Assembly (NCBI GenBank): GCA_002189035.1
Contig: NEEC01000018.1
Location: 682,001-746,000, forward strand
Origin: Utricularia gibba
Lineage: Eukaryota > Plantae > Magnoliophyta
Length of the DNA stretch: 64,000 bases
Reading direction: 5' to 3'
Every line of letters starts with the position of its first letter. Position 1 is the stretch's first letter. Positions 52,842-64,000 of this stretch are shown here, in pieces. The position numbers and the translations under genes are program-made. A model generated the notes under the pieces. That model searched no databases and had not been told where the DNA came from. It was given only the letters and a program-made list of their open reading frames with translations.

Positions 52842-54619
52842 TTTCCGAATACGAGAAACGATGCACTTTGATTTCTTCGGATTTCTCCGTCTCCAATTGC
52901 CTCTCTTTCTACGTGTAATTTGTTCTTCTGTTCTAATTTCTGTCCCTTGATAAAAATTAAAATAAAAAAGGCGCACAAACGACGTCGTTGCGGGTCGGGG
53001 AGCTACGGTTCAAATAATTCATGTCATATAAAAAGGAAATACATATGTTTTCCTGTGTATTAATTACAACCTCCGGTGCAACTATGCATTTTTTATGAGG
53101 ATTTACCAAACGTGCCTGCCAATACATGATTATTATCTCCTTCAAGCTAGATAATGATTATGTGGTGAATACCAAGCTGGAAAAAAAATACATGGTATAT
53201 ATGGTGAAATTGCTGTTATTTTGAACACATGCATACAATCCTACACAAATTGTTATGTAGACTAACTTATGTAAAGAGCAAGGAAATTGGATTACTTCGC
53301 GTTAAGTTAACACCAATAATAAGATATGCTCTATGTAAGTAAGAGTCTTATTTAATAAGCGATATATTTATTCACTAAACAAAATATATATATTTTTTCA
53401 GATGTAGAGTGAAAGATTTTAACGATATTTAGGTGAATCTTCTATAAATATCTTTCATATTATTGTGAGTTCAATGATTATAACTTGTGACAAATTCATG
53501 TTTAGTTTTTTTGTTTTTTGTTTTTTTTTTAGAATTAATTGTTTACTTATTAATTTTTCTGTAAAATTTATATATAAATAATTGAAATTATGTTTTAATA
53601 TTTCTTTTTATTTAAAATATTCATTAATTTTATATTTTGTATTTTTTTTATTTGCTTAATATATAATTTTATTTATTTATGAATTATTAAACATGTTGTT
53701 ATTTATTTATGCTTATTTTTTATTTGTAATATGTTTATATAATTTAGTTATGTTTTTAATTTAATTAATAATTGTAATTCTTATAATAATTTCAAATTGT
53801 AATATTTTATTTCTCTAAAACTTTGTTATGATTTTAGCACATAAACTTATAAAATCTTGTAAAGTATATTGGAATAATGTGTATTGAAGAAGTCAACCTC
53901 TATCCCACATTATTAGTTTATATGAAAAGTCAACCTAATATCTATGATGGACGTGAAAGTGAGTTGGGACTCGTGTGCACTCAGTGTCTTAATTTGTTAG
54001 ATTAGGTTGAGCCCTCGGAGAGCCCCGAAACCCAGAAATGGCTACACACAGTGGGGGAGGGGTGCAAACCCACCCCAAAAGCCTCTCGCATGTGTGCATC
54101 TTGAGCCCACGTTTTGCTACGTTTTTGTCTCGGGCCCATTAGAGTTTATGATTCACGTATATATTCAACTGATTTCTGAGATTGAGGAGAGTAGTTATTG
54201 AATAGTCTCTTGAATCCTGAGAGATCATGAAATCTTTTAATACAGTGTTTACATGCCTTAGATTTTTCTTCTTCTTTTATGTTCGATTTATGTGAAAATT
54301 TAATATAACTTGATTTATTTAATTTGATTTTTTTGTAAATTTTTCATATACTTTTTTTGAATTTTAATTATGTAATTTTTAAAGAAAAGTTTTAAAAAAT
54401 TCAAATATTCTAATATATTTAATTTTAATGTGATTTGAGAATATTTTATTATTAGATTTGTTTTAAATGATTTGTTAATAGATATTCAATAATTCATTTA
54501 TTTTAGTTTTGTAAATCAATAGATATTTTAAATGTTCCATTGGATTGTAATTTATTCAAAATGCAATATTGACATATTTTAAATCAATTTTTTTTACTGA
54601 CTTGTTAAAATTAATCACA

Positions 54620-55540
54620 AAATGTATGAAACATTATCAATCATGAAATCTACCAATAATGAATATCTCTTTAGAACTCAAAATGCCTAGCATAACTACA
54701 TGTATATCAAAGATAATTGTATTGACTTGTCGTTAAATAATGAAAGAATCCAATTGTTCAATAAATCAAGAAAAAAATTTAGGATGTTCATCATCCACAA
54801 AAACAAATGTAACCAATATAATATGACCACCACCATCATGAAAAATAGTAATTAATAATTTATAATTATACCGATATATAAATTAAATTTAGACAATAAA
54901 AAAAACATTACATTATTTTAAAATAAAAATATTATCATGCATAAAAATATATTGTATTAATTGAAAAGATCACAACATTGATATACTTCTATACAAGACT
55001 TAAAAACCCAAAAAATATATCTAAATATTTTATGATTTTGATCTAATTGCATATCATAAACTGACTATTCTACAATTGTTCCTAAATTTATTACTTAAAG
55101 TACAAACATATGGTGCGGCAATTTATTCATTGATGATTCCCAAAATCTATGAACAAGTTTAAATGCATGTTGAACACCAAACCAAGCTTGTTCATAATCA
55201 ATGATATAATTATACTTAATTTGTATCTCAACAATTGATTTACAAATCGTTAACTCTAAAATAAATAAATAAAATTTAAAAAATAATACTAATTGAACAA
55301 AAAATAAATAATCAATAGTTATATTACATTGCATATTCCAAATGCAATTAATCAAATCTCGTCCAATGAAATTTATAAAAATGTTTTTATGCTTGCTTCC
55401 CTCAATTTCATTTTTACAAGTATGAGAATAAAAAATTTTAAATTATTAGATCTCAACTCTCTTCAATTCATAGAGACATATACAAAACTCTCAATTATAG
55501 GATCACAAGTATCAAATTTCATGCATGATTGTTGGATCTT
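54620..55540 (-). mobile_element. Highly degenerate MULE transposase remnant
   Basis: Minus-strand translation near 54850-54620 reads TIFHDGGGHIILVTFVFVDDEHPKFFS*FIEQL..NTIIFDIHVVM...HD**CFIH, matching the MULE core pattern D...P.AF.V..E..W.WF...IISD.H...H..C..H. Near 55540-55330 it reads FKIFYSHTCK, resembling the MuDR I...H.C motif. Confidence 0.6.
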
Positions 55541-56186
55541 GTTGGAGTAAAGGGATGAACTCTCACCTACATGGTGAGAGTATTGATTACAAGGATAATT
55601 TCTCGCTTAGTTGGTAATAGTCTTGTTTCGTTTACTTTCTCTACACATAAACGCAAAAAAAAAAAAAATCCAATTTCCACATCCACGGCATAAAATAACT
55701 TACATAATCGATTTTGTCTATAAAATCATACTACTTTGTAGGATTATAAAAATAGACAAATGGACAATAAAACAAAGAAAATAGTCAAATATGATGATAG
55801 TGACAAGTAAATGACAAGAGATGAGAGTTGAAATTAAAGAAAACAATAAAAAATAGGTTGCTTGATAGAATGAGTGAAATAAAGTAATAGATAATAGACA
55901 AATAAAGTTCAATAATTGATGATATTGATAATTGATAATTGTTCAACTTCACACTTCTTCTCTTTTCACACCCTTGAAGTTAATATTTAAGGTTTTTTTG
56001 CTACTCAATTGAAATTAAATTTCAAGTTTTTCCTTAATAGACTTCTTTTGCATTCTTTTTTTTTTTGCCTTGTCAAAACCTAAAATATAGAGAAGTACAT
56101 GACTGTTTTTGTTTTTTTTAAAATATTAAAGAAGAGAAAAAAAACAAAATAAGTAGAACAAGATATTCATAAAGAGAAAAAAATCT

Positions 56187-56793
56187 GGTTCTGATACCAA
56201 ATGATGTAACCCTATAATCTAAAAAGATTAGCAACCCATGAATATGAGGTGATTTTTATGTTTAGAAAAAAATCCACCCAAATCTATTTTCAAGAAAATG
56301 AATTTCTTGTAATTAGACTATGAAAGAAATAGAAATTAGGAGTCATACTTTAGAAAGATGAGAGATTGTATATGATAATCCTTAGATACTACAAGCTCTA
56401 AAGTATGATAAGTCAATAGTGCTCAAGCATTCAAAGAAGAGAAAATTCGTCATAAAATTTATGAAATGAACTAAAGATCCTTGAAGAATACATGTTTAAA
56501 GTATTTATACTCTAGAATGAGTTTCTAACATTACTAGGACCAAATTAAATAAAAAGAAAACTTTAACAAATCCAATAACAATTGAGTTCTAAGATAGATC
56601 CAACTTAAAATAATTGAACTCCTATGATGAAAAGTCTTCAAGTTTAAATTTAATTTCAACAGTGTTGAGTAAAGCATTGAGTGTAGCTTCAATCATCTTA
56701 TTCTTGCTCATTGTCATTGATCTTGGTGGAATAATACTATCCAAAGTGTTCATTTGTGCAACATTTTTATCATTTTTCAAATACTATTCATCA
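56187..56793 (-). mobile_element. 5' LTR (56202-56793) plus PBS of a Ty3/gypsy element, probably CRM clade
   Basis: Termini TGATG...CATCA, then after a 2-nt spacer TGGTATCAGAACC (56199-56187). The LTR carries a frame reading PPRSMTMSKNKMIEATLNAL, similar to the CR motif (PxTRxRAK) that extends into CRM LTRs. Confidence 0.65.
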
Positions 56794-57619
56794 TCTTGCT
56801 AAAGTTCATTATTATGATTTAAAATCGGTTAAGGGGTAGGGACCAATTTATGACGCCAAAATCGAGTATGTTGTTTGATCAGTTGATTAGTATAAAAAAA
56901 AAACACAAAATGTCAAGATTTTTACATGGAAAGTCTCATGAGGAAAATCACGAAGACGAGGAAGCTCACGAGAGTAAATGAGTTTCACTAAAAGAAAAGG
57001 AAATGATTATAAAGAATGTAATGGATGTAAAAAATGTAGAATTTCTATTCTTCAAATCTATATTCATATTTACAAAGAAGTCTTAAACAATAAATTTTGG
57101 ATGGATCAACTACTTTCTATATTTGGCATGATATGTTTGATCTTGTCTATGGTCTTATTGACAAAAAACCTTCACTTGCTCTAAATTCCTATAGGTTCAC
57201 TACTTTTTAGATTGTCTTAAAAAGGTTGAGTTGCTTCACATGAAAAAAAAGAGTTTGAGGACTTTATCATTTTAAAAGAAAATTTGAACACTCAACAAAA
57301 TAAAAGCACTACATAGAAGAACAACAAAAAATTCTAGAAAACTAAAAAAAATATAACAACAACACTACTTTATAATTTAAAGCAATCAAAAGGAGATAAT
57401 GGTCCAATAATATGATAGAAATCGAATCGGCAAGCAAAGCATTGTAGCACTCAACATCATTGTAGCCCAACTAGTCTCATATGATGGCAAGAATGAAATC
57501 GAGCATTTGAAAAATGAGACTTCGAAAACACCATAAGAAGAAATAGCGTAAAATAAAAAAAATGAAAGATGATATATTATTTATTTATTTATATACTTTA
57601 TATATTTTTTAAAAAAAAA

Positions 57620-57750
57620 ACTTAAATAGATGGATACAAGTCGAACCCATACCCATCCATCTCTACTCATATCATACTCATGTAGTGACAAGTATGAGTC
57701 ATGAGTCATGGGTTGACTCATACTCATGACGGGTTATGGATAGGAGTCCA
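57620..57750. repeat. MITE/hAT-like subterminal repeat remnant with a 10-bp perfect inverted repeat
   Basis: Repeated ACCCAT, ACTCAT and ATGAGT motifs. GTATGAGTCA and TGACTCATAC are separated by 12 nt. Confidence 0.35.
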
Positions 57751-58399
57751 ATATCACTTTTTTATAATCTTTAGGTGAACTTTTGTTTTTGAATTTTTCA
57801 ATAACCAAAATTCTATGTTTTTCCTTTCTAATGAAAACATGAAATCCATCTAAAAAAATCTAATTAAAAATTTGACTGTTTGTGAAGAGAGTTTTTTGTG
57901 ATTTTTTTATCACAATATGTGAATTTAATAATTATTTGTGTTACTTAGGTTGCATTTATATTAATTTTATCCATCTGTTTAAATAAATTAAATAGAAACT
58001 TACAAATATGGATAAAACCAGGCAGAGAAGGGGAAGAGGAAGAGGGAGAAGGGGTCAGATTCGTTTTTGTTAACTTAAGAAAACATTTTCGATTTTATCC
58101 TCGAATATATGTGGTGCAGACACCGCACCGTGTTCGTTTTTTTTTGTTTTTTTCACATTGTAGGATGCATATTTTGGTGATCTTCCTCTTTATCTTGAGT
58201 ACTGAAACGGACAATGCACACATTTATGAGGGAAATCTGTGTTAAGAAGACAGATGTAGGCAAGGCTTTTGATAGCACAACTCATTCACCAGCAGAACTA
58301 GAAAACACTCATGTCACGGCAGTCAGATTGTCGGTAAGGCAGGGCCCTCGCTCAAGCGCACAGGATAGCATAAAAAAGCACAGTCCAGGGAGAGGTTGA

Positions 58400-59659
58400 T
58401 CAGCATGCACATCCACCTGCTTGCTCTGTTCCTGAGACAGCCTCTGGAATGCTCTGGAAGTATCTGCATAGGATTTATAAGAAACACACAAACTTATGCA
58501 GTGCAAAATGATTCATCCAGGATCTAGAATGTGAACGCTTTTCTGCTGAAATGGCCATTTCACTTCAAATGCAAGCGTTACTCACATATCCTGGTCGTGG
58601 TCATTGGCTAAAGCAGCCTTTGCTATGCACAAAAAAGCGGGATCTACGTTGTAGTCTTCTTTAGCCGATGTTTCAAAGTAAGGAATATTCCCCTTCGAGA
58701 CGCACCATTCCTGTGCCTTCTTGTCAGAGATCTGAATGGATCTTGTTTCAGTCAGAGGTCAATATTAAAGGTTGTCAACTTGTTCACATCCACTAATCAA
58801 CTTACCACCCTACTGTTTCCACCATCTACATCAATCTTGTTACCTAGTAACATGAAGGGAAATTTCTCTGGGTCCTCTGGGTTAGCCTGCACAGAAACTG
58901 CACTACATTACTCTGAATACGAAAGACCATCTGAAATATGAAAGTCGCCTAGATTATCGAAGTCATCAAATGACAACTCTTTAGCCTATGACAATAAAAC
59001 ACAACCCCACATGTAACATAAAACATCAGATAAGAGAATGCTTAACAGAAATCCGGTTTTCAGACCACAAAGCCTTACCTGCTTGAGAAACTCTTCATGC
59101 CAGTTATCAAGTGTATCAAATGACCTCTTCACATTCACATCGTAGACCAGTATACAGCAATCAGCCCCTCTATAGAATGCAACTCCAAGGCTCTGAAACC
59201 GCTCCTGGCCAGCAGTATCCCAAATCTAGCAAGCACAAATGCAAATTCAATAGATCAAGTAACCGCTCTAGGCTGATATGGAAAATACAGAAAACAAACC
59301 AAAGAAAACACATACTTGAAGAGTAACGAGACGATCATCAATTTGGAGTTCCTTGGTCACAAAATCAGCACCAATTGTAGCCTTGTACTGCTGGCTGAAT
59401 CTCTTATGCACATATCTAGATCAGGAGCATCACGAATACCACAAATGCAAGAAAATCATCAATCTCATTCAAACCACACCCGATAACATACATAAAAAAA
59501 AGGATACCGATTCATCAGCGACGTCTTCCCCACCCTGTGAAACGTACGAATGTCAAAACAAGAAAACCCAACAATAGACACATACAAATAAAGGAAAAAT
59601 CAGAACCCGCTGTCGCCGAGGACGATGACCTTCAGCAAGGCTCGCCTGCGCACTGACAT
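58400..59659 (-). CDS. RABG3: Rab7-family small GTPase (RabG3b-like), 7 exons, 205 aa
   Basis: Exons 59659-59607, 59534-59508, 59415-59316, 59225-59079, 58886-58806, 58731-58586, 58463-58400 join in frame (618 nt). Motifs [57 protein letters not shown], and the C-terminal CAC prenylation motif. Confidence 0.97.
59416..59507 (-). other. U12-type (minor spliceosome) GT-AG intron 2 of the Rab7 gene
   Basis: The donor reads GTATCCTT, the U12 5' consensus. The intron is required to join SLMN-R-YVH in frame. Confidence 0.85.
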
Positions 59660-61831
59660 CCGTCAAGAATTGGTTAGGGGAAAATGCGTAAAATTCACTG
59701 CGGCTCCTCCTGCAGATTGGGCGGGGCGGGGCCCGAAGATGAGGCAAACGAACGAAGCAGAGTACGCGGAGTGCGCGAATTTCGATCTTGGTGGCCTTCT
59801 ACTTTCTGCGCCCACCGGTCACGGTCAGTTAATTGCAAATTTATTGGCAAAATATTATATTTATAATTTATAGCGCATCTATGGGGTTGTGTTTTATTAA
59901 TTTATCGAAATGATTTTATATAATTTTTAAAAATTCTAATTAGTAAAATAAAGAATTCAGATTTTGTAATTAACTTCAATAATTACTAAATATCTGAAAT
60001 CTATATTTCAGAGATTAAATAAAAGATTACTTAAAAAAATTATACAATTTAATTTTTATTTATTTTAAAATATATATTTATATCATAACATTAAATTATA
60101 CAATAATTTAATATATTAAAAAAATCAACTATCCAATATAAATTACCCTAAGAAGAACCCCCATCCCACCCCATTCCTGCATAGTCTTCCTACAGCGCAT
60201 CAACTCTGCGCAATCGAAAATCTTCCACGCCTGCGAGTTAGTGGTGACCACACCTATGGGATAATGGCTAACTGATAACGTATGTATTTTTTAATACTTT
60301 TAAATTTTTAAATTAATATATTTAGTAATGAAATTAGATATTTTTAATATGGTTTTGAATTTTTTGATAATTTTAATATTATCTTCTTTTTTATTACAAA
60401 AGTATATGATTTAGCCTACATTAGTTTTAACGTCTTATTTAATAAATTTTGCAACATAGTTTCTTATCAAAGAATTATCAAATTCTACACCCAAAATTGA
60501 TGATATGTAATACAAGGAAAAAGTAAAATGAATCATTTACTAATAAGAAATATACATATAAAAGAAATATGATTTTTCTTGTAAAAAGGTACCCGCAGCT
60601 TTGACAAAGAAAGATATAGAAGAAAATAGAAAAAAATAATGAATTAAAAAGATGGGGAAAAAAAAAAGGAGACCATAGATGTTTTGAACAAACCAGAAAT
60701 ATAGAGGAAGAGGACACAAACCGAGAAAAAGCAACTTCATTCCAAGGGAATGACCAAAAAATTGCTTCTAGCCAATATTGCTCCAAATTAGGAGTAGTAT
60801 TGTATAGAAGACTTCACTCATTTACATTTCGGAATTTGAACATTTTATTTTTTCTTGTCGCTTTAATTTTTTACTGTAACTATGAATTTGTTTTTGATGT
60901 TCATTTTATGAAGTTGATTTGTTTTATTTTGACATTAGTGGGTACATTTTAAAGTGATGCCCCACGAAAAGAAGGGATATGTGTAAACTTTGGCCTATAG
61001 CCTGAAACTTATGAGTGTTCATGTAACATTTGTCTCAATATTAGATGATCGATCCAAGATGGGGAAGGGGGAGAATAACTAATTTAAAGAACTCAACTTA
61101 GAAATAGATCAAATGGTTGAAATACAAGTACAAGATAGATTTTTTTTAGATAAAAACTAAGAAAATTAGATAGGGCTAATATTATTTGCCTTATGAAATG
61201 ATAAATCTAAGTGTTAGATAATCTAGAAAACCTAAAAGGATTTAAACCGAAAAAACACAGAAATGGTTCAAATAGACTCAAACCATTTTGAGTTAGTAAC
61301 ACTTTATTATTTTAAAATCAAAGTTTAAATGATTACACTCTCCTGAAGTTGGTAAATCTAGAATTAAAACCTTATTGTATTGGCATATTTAATTTAGTAT
61401 ATTGATGTTGAGTTGTTATTAGTTTTAATTAAGAATTATTATCGAAATTGATATTTCAAAATTTTTATTTACCAAATTGACACTATTGTCGATGATTGAT
61501 ACTTAATTATTGTGCATTTTCAGTTAATGCATTTGGATTCTATCGATGCAGGTGAACTCTAGTTTTCGTTTCTCTCTACGAATCTTCAGCTCACCGGATT
61601 GCACTCTCAATTCGTCCAGTGTTTCTGCCAAGCTTGTGGATTGCACTTGGTTCCAGCATAAACCATTTCTACCGTATAAATATATACCTGTAATGTGGTT
61701 TCCAACATCGCGAATGACAACATTGCGTGGTGAATCTTCCACACAGGATTGTGACACGCTGCATCACCGCTTCAACGCTTCACTCGCTCCTGCGTTACTG
61801 ATGATGGAGCACACAGGAGGTATGGTTGTGG

Positions 61832-64000
61832 TCATAAGAAGACCCGCATGATGGTCCTGGCGATAGCACGAGACACCAGTTTTCCAGCCAAATCTGCAGG
61901 CAATCTCAGTAACTGCTGCCGTGAATCTTGTGGGAGCTGAAAAAATTTGCATGATGGGCTTCGGTTACGAGAGCAACAATACCACGACCACTAGGAACAA
62001 GTACAGTAATTAAATGGTAAGTTTCATGCTCTACCTTGGCAACTGAGGAAAGAAGGGACAGTATTTCTTGACCAGACGCCAAAGTAGAGGGAACCAGTCC
62101 AGCTTCGTTTGCAGATGGCTGCTGAATGTAGCCAACAAGATATTAGCACCCAAAATAAGATCTCTAAACATAATATAAGAGCTTTTTCTCTTTCGTTGCA
62201 CAGCTTTTTTATTTTTGTCGGCTGGTGTGGAACTACTAGTAGCTATAAAACATGATATATCTGTAGGCAAAGAAAATATTACATCCTGAACGAAGGGCCG
62301 GTGAGAGTTATTACCATTTCAAGAAACTAATATGGAACTCAAGTATTTGCATTACAAGGTTAAAAAGATGGCAGGCATATCTTGATGGATCAAGAAACAG
62401 GTATAGTTGACAAAAAGCTTACCGATGTAGAAGATTCCTTCTGTTGAAGTTTGGAAAATAACACTATAAGACGTTGCAGGTTTCTTAGGTGTGTGAGATC
62501 TTCGTCAGTAATTGAAGAGGAATTAGGTTCGAAGGGCAGGCTGCCAACCAATGGCAAAGCTATTGAATCTAAGGTTGCTAGGCCAAGCGCATCCATCCCC
62601 TGTCAACACACAGAATCAGAGGATGAAATAACCCAGAGAAGTCACACAATATGATGAATGATTCCGAACTGCATCAAAGGACAAGTTACGGAAAATTCCA
62701 CGTACGGCAGAGTCAAAGAAAGAAAGAAATTGTACTCTTACCTTCACTATTTCATCAAGTATTAATTCCCGCACAAATGCAACCTGTGAAACAGGAGAAC
62801 ATATAAGACATTTAATTTGTTGACGACGTTTTGCCAAATAATGGCATATAACCTTCTCATTCAATGCAAAAGCCAAAATTTGTTCGATGTCAAACTCCAA
62901 GGATCCTTCTACCGGTTCTTTGGAAGTCAATCGTTCTGTCCTTACACGTAGTGACTGTCCAGAAGGGAAAACACGTCAGAAATGTAAAAAAAATGAATGG
63001 TGAAAAAACGTTTGATAACAGATGCTGACTCTGCATATTTAACACACGGAAGAGAAGAACTGAAATGCAGCTCCAGGAGCAGATAACAAATATGTTATCG
63101 AGACAAAACTGAATTTTCTGATTTCAAACTTAAGCCTATTCTTTCCATTTTTCATTTCAGTAATAGAAAAAAAAATAAAGAAAGAAACACAAGTATCTCA
63201 CCTCGTATACCAATGACTCCAATCTATCAATCCTGAAAACCCCGTCCTATTGAAAAGAAGAAATCAGTGCTTCATAGTGGCGGGTGAAAAATTGAGAAAG
63301 TCAAGTATATTAATTTGGCTCACCTTATAGAGAAGCGCTTTTAGAGACGAATTCAATGTTGGGGAAGTGTCTGTAAGTACCTTCCGGGCAATCCAGGGAT
63401 ATGCACTGCTCAAAACTTTGTAATCAGGATCAAAGCTAACGGCAATTCCCTCCAACACGGCGAGACTACATTATGCAGAAGAAGAAAAAATAATCAACTA
63501 AAGAAGAGCACATGCACCATATCATAAATAATTTTATGGCAGAAACTGAAAACAAAATAGCACAAAAGTTTTTTTCACCTTCTAATAACAAGAGAAAAAT
63601 AAGATGGAATTCTAAACTTGAATCTGTACCTGCAGAGATGAAAAAGAGCAACCCAGTGATCTAAGAAATTGACAAATTACAGGAACTAAGAAGATAAAGA
63701 ATAAAAACACTCAAAGCTCACATATTGGAATGGATATTTTCTGGCTAACTATACATTTCTTCATTAAGAGTGTTTCTAATAATGGCAATCGCAGATAATT
63801 CAACAAAGCTAAAGTCATTTACAAAAATGAAGAAAGGAAAAGAAAATATTACATGGTAGTTCCCAAATTCCCCACCAAGTCTCCAAAACTTATATTACGA
63901 ACTCCCTTGGAAACAGCATTGCGAAAAACGCCTACAATGAGAGATAATATGGATAAAATAACAATGCCTTTCTCTAGATCAACAAGCAGTTTAAGAAAGA
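61832..64000 (-). CDS. ABC1K5: 3' part of an ABC1/UbiB atypical kinase, At1g71810/ABC1K5-like; 5' end lies beyond the window
   Basis: Exons 63931-63853, 63629-63579, 63465-63324, 63246-63202, 62954-62853, 62783-62742, 62599-62423, 62121-62035, 61936-61832. Motifs GVRNISFGDL, YRFKFRIPSYFSLVIRSLAVLEGIA, YPWIARKVLTD, GVFRIDRLESL, MDALGLATLDS and QQLLRLPADL.G.LVSRA.ARTI.RVFL. Confidence 0.9.

Noticed and set aside
61055-61080. Polypurine tract GGGGAAGGGGGAGAA resembling an LTR-element PPT
   Set aside because: It is not followed by a TG-starting LTR and no pol remnant was seen upstream.
61528-61851. 77-aa (-) and 101-aa (+) ORFs in the GC-moderate region after the ABC1K5 stop
   Set aside because: No recognisable homology; most simply the 3' UTR.
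1-64000. Searched by eye for rRNA, tRNA, snRNA, conserved miRNAs (miR156-miR399, miR828 and others), TAS3/TAS4 sites, CRISPR-like arrays and telomeric arrays
   Set aside because: None was found; a covariance-model search (Rfam/Infernal) would be needed to exclude short snoRNAs. Only short microsatellites, such as (TA)n at ~1657 and (GA)n at ~52765, and poly-A/T runs were seen.

Overview
AT-rich flowering-plant nuclear DNA; the species cannot be determined from the sequence. Bases 1-18 kb are a transposon graveyard with a readable nesting history: a degenerate Ty1/copia on the minus strand, a putative solo LTR, an internally deleted copia that was locally duplicated, a second copia inserted between the copies, and a ~5.1 kb Mutator-like element (MULE) splitting the second copy with a 9-bp target-site duplication. 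From 19 kb on is a compact gene island with many 65-100 nt introns, holding nine genes: an ATL RING-H2 E3 ligase, MLO (15 exons), a bromodomain protein, RRP5 (40 exons), a PUB15-like U-box/ARM ligase, an At1g76660-like protein, the mitochondrial ATP synthase 24 kDa (FAd/MGP1) subunit, a RabG3/Rab7 GTPase and the 3' part of an ABC1K5-like kinase. MULE and CRM-like LTR remnants lie at 54-57 kb. Exon models were built by hand and checked for phase. I found no rRNA, tRNA, snRNA, CRISPR or recognisable miRNA, and no convincing new biological system. The best leads are: three single-base frameshifts confined to RRP5 (probably homopolymer assembly errors), a lost AG acceptor in the ATP synthase gene rescued in frame by a GAG, RRP5 and PUB stop codons only 117 bp apart, an unassigned exon-like antisense frame inside the MULE, and several non-canonical splice sites (three GC-AG, one U12, one weak GTGTGA donor).
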